A DNA stretch of 64,000 bases from a virus (Duplodnaviria > Heunggongvirae > Uroviricota > Caudoviricetes), in IMG/VR virus record IMGVR_UViG_3300045996_004585, positions 1,334 to 65,333 of that record; one strand, 5' to 3'. The translations under genes and the position numbers were made by a program. The notes under the pieces were generated by a model. The model ran no database searches and was not told the origin of the DNA. It worked only from the letters and a program-made list of their open reading frames with translations. Positions 18,546-27,503 of this stretch are shown here, piece by piece (positions within the stretch are counted from its first letter, which is position 1; the number at the start of each line of letters is the position of its first letter).

Positions 18546-20938
18546 TGGCCACTGAGACTCTACTACCTGACGCGTTACTAGAAAATTCTGGTTGGGGAAG
18601 CATAGCCTTTGCAGATATTGACGAAGACCCTGATTCCCCAGATGGCAACTGGGCTGTAGCCAGTAGTAATAACAACGCGACTATTGCTAGAGTTAGCTTC
18701 CCTACGCCCACAGGCAACCCTGTGGGAATTCAGACTTTCAAGATGTATGTCAGGCAGTTCTCTGGCACACAGTCAGGCACTCCGCAAGCCCGTATTGATC
18801 TATATGAAAACGGCAGTTTGCTTGCTAGTGGAACAGATCAGGATGTAACGAGTACCACTGGTCAGATGCTTAGCCAAGATTTTGATTTGACTGGAATCAC
18901 ATTGGCTGATCCCACTGGGGCTAGCATTGAAGCTAGATTTGTAGGAACACAGAGTGGTGGTTCTCCTGGTGCCCGTAACAGCACTGATCTTGGTGCCATC
19001 AATTGGGACATCGTTACCTACGGGCTGAACAGCGATGTAGCATTTGCTGTATATGCTACAGGCAGTGCGACAGATTCAGATACAAGAGATTGTCGTGTTG
19101 AAGGAGCTTCTCCATCATCAGAGCCACAGGTGTCATGGCTACAGATCACTATTCCTGAAGCTACATCAGTTTTACAGTCATCCGACACCAGAGATGTGCG
19201 TGTTACGGGTAAGGCCGACTCTGACACAGCGCGTGATGCGCGAGTCACAGGTTTTGCGCATGCTACGTCATTCGATAGCTTTACGCGCACTAGAGCGCTG
19301 GGAGATGGCTGGGGAGCTACAACCTCGGGCCACGTTTGGACTCACCACTCCAACCTTTCAATCCCGGACTCGTCTAAGTTCGGCGTCAATGGCTCAGCAG
19401 GTTACATGCAGCTTAGCGCTGCGAATACCTCCGTTCATGCAAACTTGCGCGAGAACGACGCCACATTAACCGATGTTGATGTTCTCATCAAGGGTAAACT
19501 AGGCACAACGCCAACAGGCACAAGAGTAGAGCATTACGTCATCGCTCGTATGAAGGATGACGATGAGTACTACGCTCTAAGGCTCTACCACAACGTAGGT
19601 GATACTTCAACGCTGAGACTCACGAAGCGCAACGTCACAACAACTGATTTCGGATCAAGCGTCAGCATTGGAACCCTAGTACCTGAAGCTTGGTATTGGT
19701 TCAGGTTCCGAGTTGTTGGCACAACACTTGAGGGTAAGGTTTGGGCAGACGGATCGGGCGAGCCGTCAAGCTGGCAGGTTACAGCAACAGATAGTGATTT
19801 TGCTTCTGGTGGTGTAGGAGTCCGAGGATTTGCCCCGACAGGCAACACTAATCTGCCGACACTTGAGTGGGATGACTTACAGGTTAAGCTTCCTGTTCTT
19901 GCCGAGCGCGATGTACGCACGAGAGGTACACTAGACTCAAGCGACACCAGAGATGTGCGTGTTCGGGGTACTGTCGATAGTGACACCACTCGTGATGTAA
20001 GAGTTCGCGGTACCGCCGATAGCGCTGAGGCACGTGATGCGAGGGTAACAGGTAAAGCTGATTCCACTGTAGACCGAGATGTTCGGGTTACAGGTAAAGC
20101 CGACAGCGATACGACTAGAGATGCTCGCGTAAGGGGTCAGGCTGACAGTGATACTGCCCGTGACACACGAGTCACAGGACAAGCAACAGCAACTGAAGAT
20201 CGCAATGTTCGTGTTACAGGCCAAGCCGACTCTAGTGTTGACAGGGATGTTCGCACAACAGGAGCAGCAGGCGCTACAGCCTCTGAGAGGGCACAGGACG
20301 CCCGTGTAAGGGGTCAGGCGGACTCTGACACCACTCGTGACGTGCGCGCCCGTGGTGAGCTTACAACGGCTGAGAGCCGTGATGTTAGGGTTCGTGGTCA
20401 GGCAGACTCTTCGCGCACTCAGGATGTACGTATTACGGGTGCAGCCGACTCATCAACAACTCGTGACGCACGCGCCACAGGTAAGGCTGACTCGTCTCTT
20501 GCTCAGGATGTTCGCACATTCGGTCATAGCGCATCCTCAACTGATGTAGCAGTAAGAGTCACCGGAGTCATGCAGGTAATCAGGCCAACGTCTGATATCA
20601 CCGCAGGAGCCTGGGGAGTTGCGCCGCTGTACCAGAAGTTAGATGAAGTAACGCCAGACGATGGAGACTACGTTTCTACTACTTCGTCCTCAACAATGGA
20701 AGTCAGGTACGCAATCCCGGCCTCTCCTGAGCCAGGGTCAAGCTACGTTCGTTATAGACTAAGGAAGAGCGACAATGACGCAACGGTCGATTACACAGTC
20801 ACGTTGCTTGATGGGGCAACACAGATTGATCAATGGACGCACAATAACGTAGGAACCACATGGACGACTTATACGCAGACCGTAACGATTAGCAACTATG
20901 GCAACCTCCGTCTGCGCGTTCAGGCGGTGATAACCTAA
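18545..20938 (+). CDS. tail fibre protein with 14-aa tandem repeat array (797 aa)
   Basis: TAATG junction; at least 14 tandem copies of DS-x-x-x-RDVRVTG-x-A; shared module at both termini. Confidence 0.6.
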   Translation: MATETLLPDALLENSGWGSIAFADIDEDPDSPDGNWAVASSNNNATIARVSFPTPTGNPVGIQTFKMYVRQFSGTQSGTPQARIDLYENGSLLASGTDQDVTSTTGQMLSQDFDLTGITLADPTGASIEARFVGTQSGGSPGARNSTDLGAINWDIVTYGLNSDVAFAVYATGSATDSDTRDCRVEGASPSSEPQVSWLQITIPEATSVLQSSDTRDVRVTGKADSDTARDARVTGFAHATSFDSFTRTRALGDGWGATTSGHVWTHHSNLSIPDSSKFGVNGSAGYMQLSAANTSVHANLRENDATLTDVDVLIKGKLGTTPTGTRVEHYVIARMKDDDEYYALRLYHNVGDTSTLRLTKRNVTTTDFGSSVSIGTLVPEAWYWFRFRVVGTTLEGKVWADGSGEPSSWQVTATDSDFASGGVGVRGFAPTGNTNLPTLEWDDLQVKLPVLAERDVRTRGTLDSSDTRDVRVRGTVDSDTTRDVRVRGTADSAEARDARVTGKADSTVDRDVRVTGKADSDTTRDARVRGQADSDTARDTRVTGQATATEDRNVRVTGQADSSVDRDVRTTGAAGATASERAQDARVRGQADSDTTRDVRARGELTTAESRDVRVRGQADSSRTQDVRITGAADSSTTRDARATGKADSSLAQDVRTFGHSASSTDVAVRVTGVMQVIRPTSDITAGAWGVAPLYQKLDEVTPDDGDYVSTTSSSTMEVRYAIPASPEPGSSYVRYRLRKSDNDATVDYTVTLLDGATQIDQWTHNNVGTTWTTYTQTVTISNYGNLRLRVQAVIT
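19900..20560 (+). repeat. in-frame 42-nt tandem repeat array (14-aa unit DS-x-x-x-RDVRVTG-x-A)
   Basis: Recurring nt unit ~gac(a/t)cnnnnacncg(t/a)ga(t/c)gtncgngtnacnggn; it lies inside an ORF and is coding. Confidence 0.7.
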
Positions 20939-23430
20939 TGGGCGTTTTTGACATTCTGTCATTCCAGGGCAACGGCCTTGGGGCGAACTTGCCTACGAGA
21001 CTGGCTGCGTCTACAGGCACTCGTTACTACATCAGCCCGTCCGGCAACGACACCACAGGTGACGGCTCAAGCGGCACGCCTTGGCGCACACCTAAGAAGG
21101 CGCTCACCACTGTCGCCAACGGCTCGATCATCGAGATGGCTGCGGGCGACTACCCTTCACCCTACGCTGTAACCAAGGTTGCTGCATCGAACGCACCGAT
21201 CACATTCGTTCCTGCATCAGGATTGGCGCTTGGCGATGTGCGCTGGCTATGGTCATTTCGTCTCAACTCATCAGCGTATCTCCGATTCATCGGCATCGAA
21301 TTCTTCTTCGACAACGGCGTGCGCACGACGCTCGCCAACTCTGCCGCAATCGGCGCGACTACTGTAGACCTAGTAGATGCCAGTGCATTCCCGACTTCTA
21401 CAGCAGACGGCGCGCTAAACCCTGGTCAGAGACACTGCGGTGTCGGCAACACAGGGTTGACGGGCACAGAGGCCACTGAGAAAAACCACTTCACCTACAC
21501 CGGCAAGACAGGAAATACCCTAACTGGCGTAGCAGGATGGGCGAGCGGCACAGGCACCTTTAATGCTGGTTCAACGGTTGCCTATGGCGACGTAGGCGCA
21601 TACATCAACGGTGGCAGTAACATCGAGTTCCACTATTGCGACTTCCATCACGCCTCTGAGAGCAACATCTTCCCGGCAACCTCTGTAACTGATTTGCACT
21701 TCGTCAACTGTATCCTGCGTGACGCTGGAACACGCGAAGACCCGCGCCACCAGCGCGACCATGGAGCCTACTTTAACGGCGACAACAACCTGTTGCTGAA
21801 CTGCGTCATCCGCGATAATGACGCACACGCCTTCCAGCTTTATTCCAGTGGATCAGGCCGCTTGGTCATCAACTGCACCATCGATGGCAATGGCATCCAG
21901 CATGCAAGCAATCTAGCAGCTATGACTATCGCGGGCACAGCTTCTGCCGAGCGAATCATCAACTGTCTTGTCACTAACAACGGTGGCGTAGGATCAAACT
22001 CTACTGCGGGCACGGGCCACATCCTTAAGTACCCTCTCTTCTTCGGGAATGATGGTGCAGACCAGTCTGGTACCACGGGCATTACGTATACGGCGCACCC
22101 TGACAATAGTGAAGACCCACTGTATGTTAACCAACCTTCTAAGGACTTCTCACTTCAGTCTGGTAGCCCCGCCTTGGCTTCTGCCGATGGCGCATGGGCA
22201 CCACAGTTTGACTTCAATAACGATCTTCGTCCTGCGACTGCATCTGTAGGAGCATTCGAAAGTAGCGGTGGCACAACAGAGGCGCAGTTCTCTTGGACTG
22301 AGATTGAAGTTCCACTTGAGGGCGCTGGCACAGCTACAACTAGAGATGTCCGTGTTACTGGTACTGCTGACACTAATCGTACACAGGATGTTCGTGTAAC
22401 TGGATATCTCGACTCGTCAACTACACGAGACGTGCGAGCTAGAGGTTCTGCTGATTCGTCACGCGCACAGGACGTAAGAGCCACAGGACAGCAGACCACT
22501 ACAGAGAGTCGTGATGTGCGTGTTCGTGGTCAAGCCGACAGCACCACCAATCGTGACGTTCGTATTACTGGTGCAGCCGACAGTAATGCTACTCGTGACG
22601 TTAGGGTAACAGGCCAGCTTGGCTCTGAGCGCGCCCAGGACGTTAGAACAAGGGGCACGGCGACCAGCACTGTCGAGCGCGATGCTCGCGTGGTTGGTAC
22701 TGTCCCCGGCGAGGTAACTCACGCAGTTGATGCTCGTGTACGAGGTACTGCCACTTCTACAGACACTCGTGACGTTCGCGTATTCGCCAGCATTCCCGCA
22801 GATACAAGCAGAGATGTAAGAGCCAGAGGCCAAGCAGTCCTAGATGCTGTCCGCGACATTCGAATCGTTGCACAGGCAGACTCTACGATTGTCCGAGATG
22901 TGCGTCTACGAGGCCAACTATCGAGCGACACGTCGCGTGATGCGAGAACGACAGGTAAGGCCGACAGTTCGACTGAGACAAATGTTCGCGTCACAGGAAC
23001 CATCGCCACTAGTGTAGATTACGCCGCAAGAGTCACAGGTAAGGCTGACAGCGATACAACTCGTGACGTTTACGTTCGCGGTCAACTCGACAGCACGGTG
23101 CTACGCGACGTTCGTGTAACAGGCCAGGACGAAGCTGCTTGGGCGCAGGACGTTAGGACGCAAGGTCAAGCTGATCTTGCTCGTACTCAGGACGTTCGCG
23201 TCACAGGTTACCTCCCAGCCGCCTACGAGGTTGACGCTCGTGTCATAGGCGCAGAGGGCTACATCGACATCGCATTTGATGTGCGCGTAGCCGGTGGGAA
23301 CATTCCAGTGTGGGTTCGCCCAGGCCCATCTGAAACGAGAGTGGGTCACGGGCGAGGGGTATCCGGCATTGACAACACACTGTCAGAAGCTGGGATCGTC
23401 ACCAGTAGGGGTCAGTCAGAAACACTCTAG
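20938..23430 (+). CDS. tail spike/fibre with N-terminal pectate-lyase-like beta-helix and C-terminal repeat array (830 aa)
   Basis: TAATG junction; beta-helix coils (NCVIRDNDAHAF, INCTIDGNGIQHASN, INCLVTNNGGVGSN); then roughly 20 copies of the TRDVRVTG repeat. Confidence 0.6.
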   Translation: MGVFDILSFQGNGLGANLPTRLAASTGTRYYISPSGNDTTGDGSSGTPWRTPKKALTTVANGSIIEMAAGDYPSPYAVTKVAASNAPITFVPASGLALGDVRWLWSFRLNSSAYLRFIGIEFFFDNGVRTTLANSAAIGATTVDLVDASAFPTSTADGALNPGQRHCGVGNTGLTGTEATEKNHFTYTGKTGNTLTGVAGWASGTGTFNAGSTVAYGDVGAYINGGSNIEFHYCDFHHASESNIFPATSVTDLHFVNCILRDAGTREDPRHQRDHGAYFNGDNNLLLNCVIRDNDAHAFQLYSSGSGRLVINCTIDGNGIQHASNLAAMTIAGTASAERIINCLVTNNGGVGSNSTAGTGHILKYPLFFGNDGADQSGTTGITYTAHPDNSEDPLYVNQPSKDFSLQSGSPALASADGAWAPQFDFNNDLRPATASVGAFESSGGTTEAQFSWTEIEVPLEGAGTATTRDVRVTGTADTNRTQDVRVTGYLDSSTTRDVRARGSADSSRAQDVRATGQQTTTESRDVRVRGQADSTTNRDVRITGAADSNATRDVRVTGQLGSERAQDVRTRGTATSTVERDARVVGTVPGEVTHAVDARVRGTATSTDTRDVRVFASIPADTSRDVRARGQAVLDAVRDIRIVAQADSTIVRDVRLRGQLSSDTSRDARTTGKADSSTETNVRVTGTIATSVDYAARVTGKADSDTTRDVYVRGQLDSTVLRDVRVTGQDEAAWAQDVRTQGQADLARTQDVRVTGYLPAAYEVDARVIGAEGYIDIAFDVRVAGGNIPVWVRPGPSETRVGHGRGVSGIDNTLSEAGIVTSRGQSETL
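22320..23230 (+). repeat. in-frame 42-nt tandem repeat array (same 14-aa unit)
   Basis: The same degenerate unit as at 19900-20560, inside the 830-aa ORF. Confidence 0.7.
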
Positions 23431-23451
23431 AGCGAACACTAATAGCTGACC

Positions 23452-23607
23452 ATGGAACGAAGCGACAGACTTGGCACTCGCTGTAAACCCAGCGACAAGA
23501 AGAAATGGAAAAAGGCGGCTAAAGCTGCTGGAATGTCACTGTCTGCGTGGATCGAACAGACCCTAAATGAGAAGAGTGATGATGCAAAGCACCCTAATAA
23601 CGTGTGA
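23452..23607 (+). CDS. small ribbon-helix-helix-like DNA-binding protein (51 aa)
   Basis: KKKWKKAAKAAGMSLSAWIEQTL resembles the basic strand plus helix of RHH/CopG-like proteins; read by eye. Confidence 0.3.
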   Translation: MERSDRLGTRCKPSDKKKWKKAAKAAGMSLSAWIEQTLNEKSDDAKHPNNV

Positions 23608-23755
23608 CCATTGCGAAGACGAAGAGAAGTTCAGAGAAGAAGACAATCCTTTCGAAGCAGGCTGGCTTTCTGTGTGGGAGTATGATACACTAGCAGAAGA
23701 GATTAGAACATTCGACTTCTGTTGCCGAGACTGCATTGCTGCCCACTTCACCTAA
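23567..23755 (+). CDS. small zinc-binding protein
   Basis: CDHC ... CCRDC. Confidence 0.35.
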   Translation: MRRVMMQSTLITCDHCEDEEKFREEDNPFEAGWLSVWEYDTLAEEIRTFDFCCRDCIAAHFT

Positions 23756-25250
23756 AGACCCCTTTGTACAATCCGTTGATAATCAGATCAACGCTGTTCA
23801 TGATCAGATCAACGCTGACTTGAACAATCGCGTCGTTTCTGATAAAGTAGTAGGAGCAACCCCTAGACGCAAGATCGGCACTCGTGTCACCAAGATGACG
23901 AGCAAGGGGGTTGAGCAGACGTGGGAAAAGGTCAGCACCAACAAGTGGAAACGGATTAGTTCAGAAGCACTTGACACGGACGGCGAGAAAGGATATACTA
24001 GTACTATGACCACAAAAAAGGAAGACATCAGCCTCATCCCGAACGCCGACGTTTACCTCGACCAGGGGTTCAACGTTCTGCTGATCGGGCTTCATGGTAC
24101 AGGCAAGACGGCCAGCATTCAGGCGCTTGCTCGTGATCGCGGGTTCAAGATGAAGTACTACTCTTGTTCCACGCTCGACCCGTTCACCGATCTTGTCGGT
24201 GTCCCTACTCCGCGAGACTACTGCCCGGAGTGCAAGCTTTACTTCAAGGATGAGTCGAAGTGCCCGGAGTGCCAGGGGCGCACGGTCGAGGCTCTCAAGA
24301 TGGTTCGTCCTCGTGAGGTTGACGAGGCCGAGATTATCTTCCTTGACGAGTTCAACCGCGCCGATGGCAAGACGCAGAACGCTCTCTTTGAGATGATCCA
24401 GTTCGGCACGATCAACGGCGAGCCGCTCCCCAATCTCAAGGCATGCTGGGCAGCGATCAACCCGCCCGATGACGAGCAGAACTATCAGGTCGATGCCATC
24501 GACCCGGCGATGATGGATCGTTTCGATGTCTACATCGACATCACCCCGAAGCCGTCCGTCACGTACATGACCAAGCACATGCCTGAGCCGATTGCGCTCT
24601 CGCTGAAGCTCTGGTGGGACGATCATCAGAACGCGATTCGCTTGGGCAGCAAGGACGCACACTCGGACTACATCTCTCCGCGTCGTCTTGAGAAGATCGG
24701 TCTGGTGTGGTGCGCCACGAAGTCGCCCAAGAGCGTGTTCGCTGCTCTGCCGCGCGGTGGCCAGTTCGAAAAGAACAAGCTGGTCGATCATCTCAAGGCT
24801 GCTCAGAAGCAGGTTAACCAGGAGCAGGGTATTGTCGATCCGTCTCTGGACGATGGCCCTGACCTGGGAGGCAACGGCCTGGGTGACCGCCCGTCGCCAC
24901 TGTTCACCTACCGCAAGGCGAACATCCGCATGGACGCCGAGAAGCTCGCAGACCACCTGGCAGCTAACCCCAACGAGTTCGAAACGCACAAGAAGGTTGC
25001 GGACGAGCTTAAGTCGGGTGCAGGCGGACAGGACTTGGTTCTGCACTACGGCGCTGTCATCAACGCCCTAAACCCCTCGACGCTTGAGGGTATGGTTGCG
25101 GGCTTCCCGCCGCCGAAGGTGAAGCTGATGCGCGAGGGCTTCATGACGATGTACCAGGACACGCCGGACGAGGCCAAGAAGCTGACTCACCTGCACAAGG
25201 TGCTGACAGCCACGCCGGGTGCCCCCACGGGTTGGCCCGCTAAGCTCTAA
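23736..25250 (+). CDS. MoxR/CbbQ-type AAA+ ATPase with inserted zinc ribbon
   Basis: Walker A GLHGTGKT; Walker B/sensor IIFLDEFNRA (the DE(I/F)NRA MoxR signature); CPECKLYFKDESKCPECQG insert between the Walker motifs. Confidence 0.8.
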   Translation: MLPTSPKDPFVQSVDNQINAVHDQINADLNNRVVSDKVVGATPRRKIGTRVTKMTSKGVEQTWEKVSTNKWKRISSEALDTDGEKGYTSTMTTKKEDISLIPNADVYLDQGFNVLLIGLHGTGKTASIQALARDRGFKMKYYSCSTLDPFTDLVGVPTPRDYCPECKLYFKDESKCPECQGRTVEALKMVRPREVDEAEIIFLDEFNRADGKTQNALFEMIQFGTINGEPLPNLKACWAAINPPDDEQNYQVDAIDPAMMDRFDVYIDITPKPSVTYMTKHMPEPIALSLKLWWDDHQNAIRLGSKDAHSDYISPRRLEKIGLVWCATKSPKSVFAALPRGGQFEKNKLVDHLKAAQKQVNQEQGIVDPSLDDGPDLGGNGLGDRPSPLFTYRKANIRMDAEKLADHLAANPNEFETHKKVADELKSGAGGQDLVLHYGAVINALNPSTLEGMVAGFPPPKVKLMREGFMTMYQDTPDEAKKLTHLHKVLTATPGAPTGWPAKL

Positions 25251-25260
25251 GCGGCGCAAT

Positions 25261-25284
25261 GGGGAGGGGCGAAAGCCCCTCCCC
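25261..25284 (+). terminator. GC-rich hairpin with GAAA tetraloop
   Basis: ggggaggggc-GAAA-gcccctcccc, a perfect 10-bp stem, 11 nt after the MoxR stop; no U-tract follows. Confidence 0.45.
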
Positions 25285-25287
25285 GCC

Positions 25288-25316
25288 TTGACATCCCTGA
25301 CCAGATAGGATATACT
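25288..25316 (+). promoter_or_regulatory. sigma70-consensus promoter
   Basis: TTGACA, 17-nt spacer, TATACT. The -10 ends 6 nt before the ATG at 25323, which implies a leaderless or very short-leader transcript. Confidence 0.55.
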
Positions 25317-25322
25317 GTTCTT

Positions 25323-27077
25323 ATGGCCCCAAAGACTTCTCACGTTGACGACAAGATGAACACGAAGCAGCTTGCTAGGCATTACAGCGCTGCTATCGAG
25401 TATCTTGACGATCACTACGCCTACTTCCTCACGCACGTTCTGCACATCGGGCGACCGATGTGGGACGAGGCGGTTCAGACCGCCTGTGTTGCGATGCAGG
25501 AGGCCGAGAACAGCAAGGACGGCAGCAAGTGGGATTTCGATTTCATGTTCGCGCCGCGCTTCGCTTCTCAGCTTACGACTAAGGATATGGCGTTCGTGCT
25601 GGCGCACGAGGCATTCCACATCGTTCTCAACCACCTGAAGCTGGTCGAGAACTTCATTGATCGCAAGCGCCTCAAGAAGCTTGCTGAGATGGTCAGCAAC
25701 CGTGAGCGCCTGACGAAGGATGAAATCAAGGAACTGCTTGAGAACAAGCAGGCCGCAGCCAAGTTCAACATTGCCGCTGACGCGGTGATCAACGACTACC
25801 TCGTCAACAACGGCTTCTCGCCGCTTGAGGTTGACGGCGAGGTTATCGGCATTTACGGCCAGGATGTCATCGGTCAGAACGCCGCGTACCTCACGGTCAC
25901 CGATGTCTACGATATGCTCCCGGAGCAGAAGCAGGATCAGGGCGAGTGCAGCACGTGTGGTGGCACTGGCCAGAAGCCTGAGGACAAGCCCGAGGACGAG
26001 AAGAAGGACGAGGGCGACAAGGGCGAGGGAGACGAGAAGGGTGACGAGGGCGAGGGCCAGGATGATGGCGACTCTGAGGGCGAGGGCGAGGGCGACTCCG
26101 AGCAGGAGGGCGAGAACGCTAAGGGTGGCGCTGGCAAGGCCCACGGCGAAGATGGCAAGGGCGAGCCGTGCCCGGACTGCAAGGGTTCCGGCAAAGGCCA
26201 GGGTATGGGTTCTGGCATCCCTGGCGATCCTGGCGACGGACGTGGCGGCAACGCCATCGACAACCATGACTGGATGCTCGATCCCGACTGGGCTGAGAAG
26301 ATGGCTGAGGCTATCGACAAGCTCAACGACGACATCGACAAGCAGGGCAAGCTGCCCCAGGACGTGCGCGACAAGATGCAGGAAGAGGCCAACGGAGAGA
26401 CGGACGCACAAAAGGCTCTCGCCAACTCCATGCGCGCAGGATCAGAAGAGGGCAACATCCGCGAGTTCCAGGAGAAGCACGGCCTGAGCATGGCCTGGGC
26501 GAAGCTGCTCAAGGAAGTTGACCCGATGATCTTCAAGGAGCCGGGTGTCGGCCCGCCGCCGCGCGCAGAGTGGCATAAGCGCCCGCGCAAGCTGGGAGCG
26601 TTCCGCGATGTCAACCTGCCTGTCTACGGCACGTCACGTCACCAGGAGAAGCGCAGCAAGGAGAAGAAGAGCATCGTCCTTGCGCTGGACTACTCTGGTT
26701 CGTGTGGCCCTGAGGATGCAGACAAGTTCGCTTCGCTCGCTAAGAGCATTCCGCAAGAGCGCATCAAGGTTCTGGCCTGCACCTTCACCACCACGTGGAA
26801 GAAGCACGACATCGAGAATCCGCTTGGTGGCGGCAACGGCGGCACAGACTTCAACGCTATCGCTGACTTCATTGAGAAGGAGGTTCGCCCGGAGCTTAAC
26901 GGTCAGTACCCCACGGCAGTCGTCGTCATCACTGACGGTCAGGCGAGCTTCACCAATGCGCCCCAGGGCAAGGAGGCCGAGGCGTGGCTGTGGCTGCTCT
27001 CGCCGGATCGCACGCACGGGTATCCTGCCTCTAAGAACATCGGCCGCTGGGCGATGCTAGATGAATACACCCTCTGA
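25323..27077 (+). CDS. VWA-domain protein with N-terminal HExxH putative metallopeptidase domain (MoxR partner, DUF2201-like)
   Basis: N-domain AHEAFHIVLNH (HExxH); about 100-aa D/E/G/K low-complexity linker; C-terminal VWA with MIDAS motif LALDYSGSCG ... VVITDGQ. Confidence 0.75.
   Translation: MAPKTSHVDDKMNTKQLARHYSAAIEYLDDHYAYFLTHVLHIGRPMWDEAVQTACVAMQEAENSKDGSKWDFDFMFAPRFASQLTTKDMAFVLAHEAFHIVLNHLKLVENFIDRKRLKKLAEMVSNRERLTKDEIKELLENKQAAAKFNIAADAVINDYLVNNGFSPLEVDGEVIGIYGQDVIGQNAAYLTVTDVYDMLPEQKQDQGECSTCGGTGQKPEDKPEDEKKDEGDKGEGDEKGDEGEGQDDGDSEGEGEGDSEQEGENAKGGAGKAHGEDGKGEPCPDCKGSGKGQGMGSGIPGDPGDGRGGNAIDNHDWMLDPDWAEKMAEAIDKLNDDIDKQGKLPQDVRDKMQEEANGETDAQKALANSMRAGSEEGNIREFQEKHGLSMAWAKLLKEVDPMIFKEPGVGPPPRAEWHKRPRKLGAFRDVNLPVYGTSRHQEKRSKEKKSIVLALDYSGSCGPEDADKFASLAKSIPQERIKVLACTFTTTWKKHDIENPLGGGNGGTDFNAIADFIEKEVRPELNGQYPTAVVVITDGQASFTNAPQGKEAEAWLWLLSPDRTHGYPASKNIGRWAMLDEYTL
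25975..26125 (+). repeat. low-complexity GAGGGCGA-rich coding repeat (acidic linker)
   Basis: Iterated gagggcga / gacgag units encoding DEKKDEGDKGEGDEKGDEGEGQDDGDSEGEGEGDSEQEGE. Confidence 0.6.
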
Positions 27078-27285
27078 AGAAGATACGTTGGCCCACTTTG
27101 AAGCATGGTGGGCACAGCTTGTTAGGCAGCACCGTGACAGTGACGTACCTAGCGAGTGGTGGTATGTTGCAGGGTACTGGCATGGGGTGCGTCGTAGCCC
27201 AAGAGAATATGGCAATTTTGCCGACGCGGAGCGTACCAAGTATTGGCACATGGGTTACGATGATGCGGAAGGTGACCTAAGTTGA
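27061..27285 (+). CDS. GY-motif small protein family member
   Basis: WWYVAGYWHGVRRSPREY ... YWHMGYDDAEGDLS. Confidence 0.5.
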   Translation: MNTPSEEDTLAHFEAWWAQLVRQHRDSDVPSEWWYVAGYWHGVRRSPREYGNFADAERTKYWHMGYDDAEGDLS

Positions 27286-27503
27286 CTGCTTTTCTGCCAG
27301 GAACGCAAGAGCAAATTGAGCAATACGGTGAAGCATGGTGGCTAGTAGCCTCAACAATGTCCCCTGATCGCTGGTACCTGGGCGGCTATTACTCACGTAT
27401 GCGAGGCGACAGCAACGAACAGCATCTAGGGGATGATGACGAGGCCGTACAGTTCTGGCTTGAAGGTTGGAACGACGCGCATTGGGATTTGACCTATGGA
27501 TGA
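27282..27503 (+). CDS. GY-motif small protein family member
   Basis: RWYLGGYYSRMRGDSNEQ ... FWLEGWNDAHWDL. Confidence 0.5.
   Translation: MTAFLPGTQEQIEQYGEAWWLVASTMSPDRWYLGGYYSRMRGDSNEQHLGDDDEAVQFWLEGWNDAHWDLTYG

Noticed and set aside
19900-23230. 42-nt periodic direct repeats that could be mistaken for a CRISPR-like or satellite repeat array
   Set aside because: The repeats are in frame inside long uninterrupted ORFs and encode a conserved 14-aa peptide unit. There are no unique spacers and no flanking cas genes. They are coding tandem repeats of fibre proteins.
23961-26411. Long minus-strand ORFs (361 aa and 447 aa) antisense to the MoxR and VWA genes, and + strand alternative-frame ORFs 25825..26487 and 26545..27060
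   Set aside because: They lie entirely within strongly supported + strand genes. Their translations are Arg/Leu/Val- or Arg/Ser/Thr-rich low complexity, which is typical of shadow ORFs in GC-rich coding DNA. The MoxR and VWA motifs are unambiguous on the + strand.
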